A DNA stretch of 64,000 bases from Jatrophihabitans sp. GAS493 (GTDB taxonomy: Bacteria; Actinomycetota; Actinomycetes; Mycobacteriales; Jatrophihabitantaceae), in assembly GCF_900230215.1 (NCBI RefSeq), contig NZ_LT907982.1, positions 3,827,568 through 3,891,567 on the forward strand. Reading direction: 5' to 3'. Shown here piece after piece: positions 62,701 to 64,000 of this stretch (position 1 is the stretch's first letter; the number at the start of each line of letters is the position of its first letter). The translations under genes and the position numbers were made by a program. The notes beneath the pieces are model-generated. The model had not been told where the DNA came from and searched no databases. It saw only the letters and a list, made by a program, of their open reading frames with translations.

Positions 62701-64000
62701 GGGTCGCCGCGTTACCGAGCGCCGCGACCGTGGTGTCGGTGATCAGGTTGAGCGCAACTGAGGCACCGAAGCCGAGGCTGCCGGTGGTCGTCGTCCCGCC
62801 GCCGGTCGGTAGTGCCCGGGCCGTGGCCATCGCGGTCGAGCCGGCGGTGATGGAGATGCTGCCTGCCGCCGTCACCGTCGCCGCTCCGTCGACCCGTGCT
62901 GCGGTCGTCAGGTTGACGATGTTCAGCGCCAGCGACCCCGCGACCGACACTCCCCCGCCACCGGCCCCAGAGGAGGCCAGCGCACCGAACATGTGACCGC
63001 CGGCCACCGGCTGTGGGCTGACACCCGGAGTGAGGGTCGCCGAGACGATGAGCCCGGCGGCCGAGCTGACCGAGTCACCAGCCGGCAACACGGCGGTGTT
63101 GGTGACATTGGCCAGGTTGATCGCGACGCCGGCGCCGATACCGAGCGACGCAGCGCCGGTCGCCGACCCGTCGGCCACGGCGCCGGCGGTCGTTCCGGCG
63201 CTGGATGCCAGCGTGATCACCCCGGCCGCACTGAGCGAGAGACCGGTACCGACGAGTGTCGCCGAGGAACTTGTCGTGGCCAGCGTGATCCCGATAGCGG
63301 CGGCGACCGAGACCTTCCCCTTCGAGGTTGAAGCTGAGGGCGTCGCCGTCGATCCTGTCCCACCTCCGGTTGGTGCGAAGGCGTCGGCCACGCTTCGGTC
63401 GCCGGCCACCTGACCGTCCACCCCTCCGGCCGGCGCGCCCGCTGAGCCGTCACCGGGGGCGCCTCCGGCCGAGGCGGTGGCCGACGAGATGTCAGTCGAG
63501 GAGCCGATCGCGATGAGCGCCAACGCGCCACCCGATTTGATCGACCGGGCGGCGGAGGCGAGGACGGAGTGATGAGCGAAGGTCAATGCCGTGGAGACTC
63601 CGGCCGACGCGCTGCCGGCCTGGGCCGCACCGGTCGCGGTCGTCGTCACGCTCGCCGTCTGCGTTGCCTTGGCGGCGAATGCCCCGCCGAGGGTCAGCGT
63701 GCTCGCGGCCGGCCCTCCGACACTCGTGCTCGTCGTGACGTTGGAGGTGCTGATCGCGACTACGGGTGCGAGGGCCACATCCGCGGAACTTGCGCCATTC
63801 GTGGCCTGGGTAGTCATGGCGTCGGCCGCGGTGGCCGTCAGGGTGACGCCCCGGGAGCCGATCAGCACAGCGCCGTCGCCGATTGAAGCGGCTGTTGTGT
63901 CGTTGATGATGCCGAGTGCGAAGGAGGCGCCGATGCCGGTCTCGGCGGTGCCGGGGCCGCTGTCGGCCGAGAGCGCCGAAGTCATGGTGGTCGCCGCCGA
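32675..64000 (-). CDS. Giant (>10,436 aa; N-terminus outside window) cell-wall-anchored repetitive surface protein / fibrillar adhesin with LAXTG sorting signal
   Basis: Single uninterrupted minus-strand reading frame of 31.3 kb while all other frames are fragmented; still open at window edge (..SAATT-MTSAL..). Composition A/G/T/S/V-rich with GxGxAxNxxN-type solenoid repeats, Big_1 and Ig-like domains, C-terminal LAATG-hydrophobic-RRQRRGRLD. Confidence 0.85.
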   Translation of the reverse strand, partial: SAATTMTSALSADSGPGTAETGIGASFALGIINDTTAASIGDGAVLIGSRGVTLTATAADAMTTQATNGASSADVALAPVVAISTSNVTTSTSVGGPAASTLTLGGAFAAKATQTASVTTTATGAAQAGSASAGVSTALTFAHHSVLASAARSIKSGGALALIAIGSSTDISSATASAGGAPGDGSAGAPAGGVDGQVAGDRSVADAFAPTGGGTGSTATPSASTSKGKVSVAAAIGITLATTSSSATLVGTGLSLSAAGVITLASSAGTTAGAVADGSATGAASLGIGAGVAINLANVTNTAVLPAGDSVSSAAGLIVSATLTPGVSPQPVAGGHMFGALASSGAGGGGVSVAGSLALNIVNLTTAARVDGAATVTAAGSISITAGSTAMATARALPTGGGTTTTGSLGFGASVALNLITDTTVAALGNAATLTGAGAVTLSAVSADLATTVAMMGAAGGKVAITPAVAVTIGNISTSATVGTGALLLVSGAFAANAVQAASSSTTAGATATGASTAAVGVGVALNIANDAVSATTARSITAGGALTLSAFGSSGSAASASASAGGAPENSGAGGGSGSGVDDQVAAERSNADSTATANGGKGSGTSATPSASTSGGKVSVAAAVGINLATTTSLATILGANVILTSGGLVTLASSANTDASAKADGSATSGTTATIGAGVAINLANVLNSAVAPAGDTVKAKSVTVSATETTVGADTQSTYGAASVAGAGGGKISVAGSLALNIVNQTTSALVGSTVTLTGGDVIVTAASSALSTVTAFPTAGGVTSTTVGVGASVGLNLITDTTTASIADGVALTGARNVTLSATATDVASTEAKMGAAGGKVALTPAVAVTIGNVTTSATVGTGTLLTLTGAFAANAVQTASSSTAAGATATGASTAAVGVGVALNIANDSVSATTARSITAGGALTLSAFGSSSSSASASASAGGAPENSGAGGGSGSGVDDQVAAERSNADSTATANGGKGSGTGTTPSASTSGGKVSVAAAVGINLATTSSLATILGANLILTSGGLVTLASSGNTDASAKADGSATSGTTATIGAGVAINLANVLNSAVAPAGDTVKAKSLTVSATETTVGADSQSTYGAGSVAGAGGGKISVAGSLALNIVNQTTSALVGSTAALTGGDAVVTAASSASSTVTAFPTAGGVTSTSVGIGASVGLNLITDSTTASIPNGVALTGARNVTLSAIATDAASTEAKMGAAGGSVALTPAVAVTIGNVTTKATVGTGALLLVTGAFAANAVQTASSSTTAGATATGASTAAVGVGVALNIANDSVSATTARSITAGGALTLSAFGSSSSSASASASAGGAPENSGAGGGSGSGVDNQVAAERSNADSTATANGGKGSGTGTTPSASTSGGKVSVAAAVGINLATTTSLATLLGANLVMTSGGLVTLASSANTDASAKADGSATSGTTATIGAGVAINLANVINSAAAPAGDTVKAKSLTVSAAETTVGADSQSTYGAGSVAGAGGGKISVAGSLALNIVNQTTSALVGSTVALTGGDAVVTAASSASSTVTAFPTAGGVTSTSVGIGASVGLNLITDSTTASIPNGVALTGARNVTLSAIATDVASTEAKMGAAGGSVALTPAVAVAIGNVTTSATVGTGTLLTLTGAFAANAVQAASSSTTAGATATGASTAAVGVGVALNIANDAVSATTARSITAGGALTLSAFGSSGSAASASASAGGAPENSGAGGGSGSGVDDQVAAERSNADSTATANGGKGSGTSATPSASTSGGKVSVAAAVGINLATTTSLATILGANVILTSGGLVTLASSANTDASAKADGSATSGTTATIGAGVAINLANVLNSAVAPAGDTVKAKSVTVSATETTVGADTQSTYGAASVAGAGGGKISVAGSLALNIVNQTTSALVGSTVTLTGGDVIVTAASSALSTVTAFPTAGGVTSTTVGVGASVGLNLITDTTTASIADGVALTGARNVTLSATATDVASTEAKMGAAGGKVALTPAVAVTIGNVTTSATVGTGTLLTLTGAFAANAVQTASSSTAAGATATGASTAAVGVGVALNIANDSVSATTARSITAGGALTLSAFGSSSSSASASASAGGAPENSGAGGGSGSGVDDQVAAERSNADSTATANGGKGSGTGTTPSASTSGGKVSVAAAVGINLATTSSLATILGANVILTSGGLVTLASSGNTDASAKADGSATSGTTATIGAGVAINLANVLNSAVAPAGDTVKAKSLTVSATETTVGADSQSTYGAGSVAGAGGGKISVAGSLALNIVNQTTSALVGSTVTLTGGDAVVTAASNASSTVTAFPTAGGVTSTSVGIGASVGLNLITDTTTASIPNGVALTGARNVTLSATATDSATTEAKMGAAGGSVALTPAVAVTIGNVTTSATVGTGTLLTLTGAFAANAVQTASSSTTAGATATGASTAAVGVGVALNIANDSVAATTARSITAGGALTLSAFGSSSSSASASASAGGAPENSGAGGGSGSGVDNQVAAERSNADSTATANGGKGSGTGTTPSASTSGGKVSVAAAVGINLATTTSLATLLGANLVMTSGGLVTLASSANTDASAKADGSATSGTTATIGAGVAINLANVTNTASLPVGNNKVFAHDLTVSATETTVGTDTQSTYGAASVAGAGGGKISVAGSLALNIVNQTTTALVAGPVTLTGGDATLTAASSAASTVTAFPTAGGVTSTSVGIGASVGLNLITDVTTASLPDNVTLTGARNVTLGATAIDLASTAAKMGAAGGKVALTPAVAITISNVTTTASVGLLTGNGVLLLTGAFAANATQTAGALTSAGATATSASTAAVGVGLALTVANHSVSATTARSINAGGNLTLGAFGSSASNAIASASAGGAPENSGSGGSGGSGVDNQVASERSNADSTATANGGKGSGTATTPSASTSGGKVSVAAAIGVNLATTSSLATLIGTNLVLTSGGLVTFASSANTDAAAGADGSATSGTTATIGAGVAINLANVTNIASLPAGNNAVKAHDLTVRATETTIGTDTQSTYGAASVAGAGGGKISVAGSLALNIVNQTTTALVASPVTLLGGDATLTAASSAASTVTAFPTVGGVTATSVGIGASVALSLITDTTSATLVDNIPITGARNITLSASATDLATNAAKMGAAGGKVALTPAVAVTISNVTTKATVGTGALLTLTGAFAANASQTAGALTSAGATATGASTAAVGVGLALTIANHAVSATTARSITAGGNLTLSAFGSSASNAIASASAAGAPENSGSGGSGGSGVDDQVAGERSNADSTATANGGKGSGTATAPSASTSGGKVSVAAAIGVNLATTSSLATLVGTGLTLTAGALVTFASSANTDAAAGADGSATSGTTATIGAGVAINLANVTNTASLPVGNNKVFAHDLTVSATETTVGTDTQSTYGAASVAGAGGGKISVAGSLALNIVNQTTTALVAGPVTLTGGDATLTAASSAASTVSAFPTVGGVTATSVGIGASVALDLITDVTSASLPDNVTLTGARNVTLGATAIDLASTAAKMGAAGGKVDITPAVAITISNVTTTASLGLLTGNGVLILTGAFAANATQTASALTSAGATATGASTAAVGVGLALTVANHSVSATTARSIKAGGNLTLGAFGSSASNAIASASAAGAPENSGSGGSGGSGVDNQVASERSNADSTATANGGKGSGPATAPSASTSGGKVSVAAAIGVNLATTSSLATLIGTNLVLNSGGILTLASSANTDAAAGADGSATKGTTVTIGAGVAINLANVTNTALLPAGNSATAHDLTVSATETTVGTDTQSTYGAASVAGAGGGKISVAGSLALNIVNQTTTAQVASPVTLLGGDATMTAGSSAASTVTAFPTVSGVTATSVGIGASVALDLITDTTSATLVDNIPISGARNITLTAAATDLATTAAKMGAAGGKVDITPAVAITISNVTTSATIATGTLLTLTGAFAANASQTASALTSAGATATGASTAAVGVGLALTIANHAVSATTARSIKAGGNLTLSAFGSSASNAIASASAAGAPENSGSGGSGGSGVDNQVASERSNADSTATANGGKGSGPATAPTASTSGGKVSVAAAIGVNLATTSSLATLVGTNLVLTSGGLVTLASSANTDAAAGADGSATKGTTVTIGAGVAINLANVTNTASLPTGNNSVTAHDITVSATVTSVIRPQGAPDTQSTYGADAVAGAGGGKVSVAGALGLNIVNQTTTALIDGTVTLTGGDASIISASNAVSRATAEPTVGGVTATSVGIGASVALNLITDLTSSKLNDGIVLTGARNLTLTATAADLATTEAKMGAAGGKVDITPAVAVTLSTVTTTTSIGTLPGNGTIALSGAFAANASQTAGAATTAGAVATGGSTASIGVGLALNLLKHSVTSTTGRNITAGGAIAFSAFGSSVDSAIASASASGAPGKSSSGAPSGGVDSQVATERSNATDTDTANGGGGTGTSASPSASTSDGKIAVAAAVALNIADVSATATLPASLTLIAGGVVSLRTSENVDGTVKSDGTAVKAEDVGVGAAVSINLVTITNQASIGRLSKVTSNGFDAESTMTNLNGDTVHTFDVEADAGAGSKDVGVAGAVSLNLVTDRTEAFVTTTATVGAGTGDISLVAQNLRSDSAKAKADASIGGGGKVGVGASVAINVLTTNITRAEVEDNASLTGGRNVTLLATSAEPVVNQVTAGSAGSSVAVSPAVGINITTNVTTARLGAPGTGLLAATGDIQIRATHTGSSTITGDAKAASDSVAVGAIIAVNVVTDTTLAATARNLSGASVAITATTQDSGAANVTASAQGSQKGSGSNSDQQASSQVNNTPSTSGQTGTLPSASDNVASGNSQASSQSGNSGSGVGVGAAVSVNWVTDSNTASVAPGLSILSTGAVIVAATNETDATGKAMGIALKLGSTNIGAAVGLNVASVTNSGSIGTGATITGSSLVVSAVTPDRAENDFVVWGIAAAGGDGDASVAGSVGVQVITFHSTASIGSGSHVTLTGALTMNSTAPLGLQNIAASGALSLGGDAGVGAAVAVNIIDISTRTYIDSSTTAVTRIDAGGAMSLNAAQSISPLVPDIPKITPPAVSSVAIAGAAGTSGVAIGGSVIVDVINLATQAYIAAAALVNQAGPATPGQSLSITSSDQTSLVNLAGAVALSGGDVGVGLGLVVDVINKDVRSFIGQGAHVTVGGDIAIGATAGEKVTEISVDAAASTEAAVAGSFIVLVMNQGSGEGDVPPGTRAYIEGNGSQSTIVHAGGNVALAASDDASDLGLYAGNVTIGGSAGVGISSSILIRSGYVDAYVGAGSDIEAKGNSGLSVRASQNEGIKIFAIGGSAGGDAGVAGSATVDVLDDSTHAHVDSGVTVNGNNSGASSTNGIALAATDTTTILGIAGALAAGGSAGIGAGVDVETLSKDTQAWIATGVVANANGNVTVDSTSSEKVTSVSASVSLGGSVAVSVNAAVSVFTIVTKAFIGGLCEAGTPAACAGFRSTINTHGSARVSANEQLTLAVVAGNLSVSGSAAVGAAGAVPIVNKTTTAFIGDDSTVNALATNDASLTVATGTHDEQYTDIRFAPTTAVESDHRTLNLGYLHGFTEGQQVIYDNGGGQNIIGLTGGTPYYVHVISPTEVQLSATSGGPAITLTAPARGGESQRLVATNSAVTPQNSSPYFTPSLDVVGNSINLPYDMTLNTGDAVVYGSGSEAPIGGLVDGHTYYAIVTGAHTIQLAATKCQATGTCSGIAQQAITLNAAAAGAGRSHSIVPSGSTPSGNAAQVTGIHTVLNGSRSGFRGIAVTASNSDDISGVGISGAISAGASVSVGGSVNVVTSNTDAFIGKFATINAANSGASTSQSVLVAAGNDYHQLMVSGVLAVGLYAGVAPSASVGLIHLNTNAYIGAQSTVNAAQDIVVNASAKDSIVSVALAGGGGIAGIAGAVSVISLNTHTYADTGFGDTITAGNNLLVAARDDTKVIMVAGGVAGGIVGIGAGVGVTLATKDTQAFISAGSTVDALATQPGVTLAAIYAGQLNGNNFVTAPFNGLAVQAGSSEDIFGLTLGLAGGFVGVAGGIGITLLHATTIAFIDSNAQAPTLVNTKAGAGAAQSVNVSAADFTKTLTIAGALAGGAVGIAGGVDVGVVDTTTKAYLGLYATVHARNNVGVYALAAKDIASYAVSVGGGFVGAAGSVSVWTIGTQPNPNYSNGPGPSTNGLSSNGDPQGEADTQATGSGGFQGILSGTSGSSTSRSNTLIKNHTADATSSIQSNAPTAGQISGGVTNPGLPEGTVAAISQGVTIVAGGSVAVAALENFGFAGLAGSAAGGFVGIGLSLVIANVDSHADASIGSNASISAGGDVAVIASTNETSSGLAFGGQAGAVAVGGQIAVINDHSDQNAHIDDNATIPQAGGSVTVAAIGNRSVTPSAIGGQIGAIAVGAAVAVASIDGNTTATIGNVSIGSASPVGAVNVSANSTISAPAIAYSIGVGAVGVGAGVAITTIEGTTAASFGGHGPVAGSVSVTAGGTNTVSAFVLNVKAGGFAAGLTIATATENRTTAASFTTFANIAAGGAVTVGATSQNHATATTPGGTAGGITIGALLPTATVNGSTTATVDGQITASGSITVSAAGQNQADAEATIISISVGGLSGVDADAEVTSQAAIRATVNKSSTIASTGLVSVNAASTPDAAGNADYARTRIFSGAGGGISIGVFIAQAIVAAAVTAQLNGNVSNSGSVKVSAGGGNRADGQTKSFALGAFGVSVSGIQALIAGSAVTDATILGGTVTSSGAVAVSATSHNTATADTDTAGVGIISAGGTIPIATIAGRTHAEFGDVLKSQGLSVAATATNNATATSEIIEVGFIVGGYAGSDAEITSAAAVDALVDDSSTTVNAGAGTVSVTATSTNRATATPSQVAVGGYTLSALTPTAKVGAHTNAAFNGGVTTSGAFLVGANGQNVAIATAKVASFHLAGGSGVIVDAEILARADVTASVASSATITAAGAVTVQAVLTADGSGHQNFASASAESASGGLIDAGVYIGTATVAGAVTATLNGAVTASTGITVKAAGANDAEASTKSVGIGLFTISVAGVAASVTADAAVSAQIGSRSISSSGAIGVFANSGNTANASTDAANIGLISGSVSIPTATVAAATLASSGAPIGSAGSFTVSAGGNNSASATSAIVAIGLITGGGAGADAEVLSSASVTAAVTATATTVHVSGAISVTATSTDHATATPSQLAAGAINLVALLPTAKVAAPTSASYSGGTTSSGDFTVSASGQNTAVATVDVKNFGIVGITGVSVDAEVLASAGVSATVAASTALTSTGTVLVSATLTPDGAGHQNYAAAKVSSTSGGLITGGIFFAKAQVGAAVAAQLNGAVLASHQATVKAAGANTVEGTTLSIGIGLGSISGSAVDAEVLNGANVSATTGGGALASSGLVNVLANGTNTATALSDSVNGGFIAGSASIPIGRTAGAFTAEFDGRLSGATGLIVKAVGASTASATSGAQGGGFISAHDSSPTATVDAASVTSAVIGAGALLNAPSAAISVIANATNSATASGGSVNGGLATVDVSNPAANDFGITRAKMLGSAHGATNAAPGAGSISVQASGSDASTALISDTSVAGVGVSNAGATATTTTTVEADLASSGSVITTVGDISLGAASSPVATSASRSTSAGILLNIVGNNSTINNTPTVNVNIAPNAQIYSGGSITVTAQQNTTAPPPSGNTGFFDASTGVNTGTNTITFTAPHGLLTGNTVTYTNAGNPNVGGLTNNAQYNVFVVNANSVRLGSTFGGANIDPATSTISFGRMVGPTFVPLNHNLHEGDLVIYEVPSGGSAIPGLTPGGLYRVHVVDDSHIQLFDPNSSTAVINLTGANVSGNTINATNPFGNGTPVTYTAPTPIAVFSSALVSINVDGSNNPIYPVQNNSDNRILIHNHGLATGTAVVYDGGTGPIGGLTNGVTYYVININANQIQLADSLCHATGTCVDGDNNPIPQQALPLTPDKSAAGAAIKQGLYAPGQQPIGGLADGGRYYVVNATGTSFQLASTPNGSPLTLDGTGRVGASTIKLAPVAIGVGTGDQNLIVDLTATSSGTQQLAPVGITGPAAGGGVLSTATVTGSGGGFINSTHANTNATETVNVNVEVGANTSLTTVGSITITTNSSTGVSANSSNGGGGLISVGSAQAKATATGNTTVKLDSGTNLTAGDSVKIAPLNFVQAISSANASGGGLGAGVSAYSKSTDNYTTLTDIAGSITAGNNINIEAHSAVNGNISTSAEGGGLGVDAHAGDDGDATNNLDVTGTTTVHLESGTHLTADNVQLTAQTDSITAHNNGHTHASALGAASDAEATITANTGQQVQIDGATKIVGYETVGIAANALNLSFAANTDAHCSCFGGDTNTTENITYNSDSDVTANATAIIRTGHLDVEVVQNVTNWNTDHDNDGAVFDGGGNHGSSHNNAQRTIHWNADVYLHTPDPQLIVDSSGKIVKLYGITVKDDLGNSYDLGDTIPSGRIIEVQDIVNNGGATALFNASVSQTEGGSTAPASLIDGSQGKFVQQNTFDFVKIYNYSSRALTTHIINVVNLNNPGATVTVQLNQIPFTFHVGPPIFTPTAVDIENFAGSVADSDVTIDGLIYNPIGSTVVNNGRGNIFAGPDSPLIETNTLVLEAPAGSIGILFNLFGISIRIPIPVLLVQSDYIVDNVDPTRFISLVAEALGNVVLDITSILRANQTPFAPTLGPIHAGGNIDIVVNDSAWGNDAPQWPSEAIQVNLHNPPDLVTNLPGTGLYRVFFRPDQPFVDNDPVLMVFGNVLTPIDSTYNFTDLSAGNNINVRHVATGTQVTFVAHTNVDATLFALGNPALQLSQSDQVGEIDLFTNGRITDTETVSDLRVGTITSTNNDVVLIAADDPASIFDVAATDDGVARVTGNNITLLALHGGIGFVTPTVNYLEIHSSNAAVGALLALANSGIFIEQTQGNLNVALADSLTSDIALVTDAGSILDNHSASGASIVARSIDLIAHGGSIGTYTSDASGDVRINSSSSATGRLYAYADGFGGDVIGAVALPGGGIYLTETDGALNVLRAQSVHGDVRLRVPFATGRTDADLTLLGSGSTLDGSVVLALGLIAAASGEVRLLVGNDVETAVSSLIFAATVWIYGEYLEPVTGPAVGSTMHFRGIVVGHPTNIFGGRGDDNFYFDQTLLGGQTNVYGATPNTGNCPPTNVSTNCGLSPDGNDFFQVDRLQTMTGKHVDTSGDQYSGQLVRDSLMLNGELGDNTYVVNTWGSDAAATHDYRIDVLNTGPLGGRNTLTVNGADGPDVFLMRGSSFIPDQPQAQSPAFVALLHGTYTDVLGRKRQDVERINYDEHINSRLTVNGLGGDDFFAMDDNSAITTINGGDGNDTFDVGQLYYLPRVAPYVLPEDQFATTQTNIGFLSRGNRFPTTIYGGAGNDTFLVYSNKAELRLEAGTGNDLFTFITSALIDPTTGRPMVDTFATNLLPLPVRIAVPVYNIDAPVSVDGGTGASQLYVLAVGDAHDILTTPTGVFGQGLNISYQNLHQPGGGPFVIAASTLLTGLSSLLTPIISGVLATGGSTGQITIGTVAEANTPTVVPVTVIDQGSGSIIITETGGSTAVTTNGATDSYTVRLATPPKATVYVNISAAFATGTPFAQVSIDGGLTWSDNVVLVFAAGETGPKTVLVRAITGAVTAPGATVETISHSSQSGDDRYNHVSIRNVYVNLLGASQPGVIITQPDGGVSVLAGTPPQGITGSYTVVLAAAPAAGTTVTIALGFDPTTLTVTSADARFDAATQSITFDSTNWFLPVTITVAATLAPPPPTQPTGGTANPALVLDPNGKNVITHTVTSTDPAYQAYAKALKTPLRVVVNLLTVKSGLIVSPPALVVTAGDQVGSQLTLRLSAAPTGPVTYRINTGGRFVIYDPCSCDGRFVAAGGDNLAAVTFDATNWFTPVVLNVVALAPASSTADPFQPIATIAPSSANRYGPILNPADNAAVDALFCVNVRTGRAALNVASAPGVACGLTPARVPVVLPNELGGGAPAHITAQAGTPQSTLVGTAFGAPITALVTDSYGNPEPGVTVVFTAPVGPRGLTVPTATFGNATAVETEVTGLDGLATSSILTASTKSGTYSVVGVISGAGAVSPTVSSAVFALTNLAGAAVTVVATTGTFQIALVGRPFRLPLTATALDQYGNPVPGAQVLFTAPATAPSGTFPGGAITLLVVTDASGNAVASGFIAGLSTGSYYVIATLVPPVVLVAPTPPVVGGGVLTPPVDSTGSSSFLLVNASLPKILLQPKAVSVRAGQVVTFRATAGGFPGPTYVWQKSKDGGRTWISGADPSGDALLTFVATKGENGYLYRVVFTNGAGSVFSLPVKLTVISPTTHFAVEALTITPPKARPSAKTENTGALAATGVSARQSTGLALLLLVLGAGLLVASRRQRRGRLD
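32678..32791 (-). other. C-terminal cell-wall sorting signal: LAATG motif + hydrophobic segment + positively charged tail
   Basis: Last 38 aa: LAATGVSARQSTGLALLLLVLGAGLLVASRRQRRGRLD, the tripartite architecture of sortase substrates; LAXTG is the class E sortase motif. Confidence 0.7.
57472..59080. repeat. Copy A of a perfectly duplicated ~1.6-kb segment (3447-bp higher-order repeat = 3 basic units)
   Basis: Plus-strand ORFs 57780..58310, 58398..58802, minus ORFs 57472..57720, 58621..58857 are amino-acid identical to those at +3447. Confidence 0.8.
60919..62530. repeat. Copy B of the perfectly duplicated ~1.6-kb segment
   Basis: ORFs 61227..61757, 61845..62249, 60919..61167, 62068..62304 identical to copy A. 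Confidence 0.8.

Larger units (their letters stand above)
50700..64000. repeat. Tandem array of ~12 near-identical ~1149-1158-bp (383-386 aa) coding repeats; array may continue beyond window
   Basis: Recurring GGAPENSG(A/S)GG..VDDQVAAERSNADSTATANGGKGSG linker followed by six ~60-aa GxGxAxNxxN sub-repeats; periodicity visible as recurring FSGAP ORF fragments on the opposite strand at ~1.15-kb spacing. Confidence 0.85.

Noticed and set aside
50700-64000. CRISPR array as an explanation for the regular tandem repeats
   Set aside because: The repeat unit is ~1.15 kb and protein-coding in one continuous frame, with no 28-37-bp repeat/spacer alternation.
1-64000. tRNA genes, IS elements/transposases, integrase-flanked island borders
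   Set aside because: No cloverleaf-like conserved tRNA motifs, transposase motifs (DDE) or inverted terminal repeats were recognisable by eye. The giant gene is therefore not obviously part of a mobile element.

Overview
High-GC actinobacterial chromosome segment with two distinct parts. Positions 1-32.7 kb are a conserved core-genome neighbourhood, syntenic with the mycobacterial Rv2211c-Rv2230c region: gcvT(partial)-pepA-lpd-sucB(E2)-Rv2216-like epimerase-lipB-lipA-DUF4191-RDD-glnA1-glnE-glnA2-panB-RNaseH/CobC-Zn-ribbon-Nif3. Interspersed lineage-specific genes are an atypical Ser/Thr kinase, an S51 peptidase, a PAP2 protein, a class-I GATase, an L,D-transpeptidase, nadE, F420-dependent NADP reductase, a Lys/Ala-rich histone-like protein, TauE, PLDc_N, an NfeD-like protein and a flotillin. 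An RNase P RNA gene (rnpB) is visible on the minus strand at ~25.9-26.3 kb. Positions 32.7-64.0 kb, nearly half the window, are one uninterrupted minus-strand ORF of more than 10,436 codons whose N-terminus runs off the window. It encodes a giant Ala/Gly/Thr/Ser/Val-rich surface protein. Its N-terminal part is about 12 near-identical ~1.15 kb tandem repeats, including a nested perfectly duplicated ~1.6 kb segment at a 3447-bp offset. These are followed by degenerate beta-solenoid-type repeats, Cys-containing ~60-aa modules, RTX-like GGxGxD motifs, invasin-type Big_1 Ig domains, an I-set-like Ig domain and a C-terminal LAATG + hydrophobic + RRQRRGR sorting signal typical of class E (LAXTG) sortase substrates. 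This giant LAXTG-anchored repeat adhesin, sitting in an otherwise conserved housekeeping locus, is the most notable element. No CRISPR, transposase or tRNA genes were seen.
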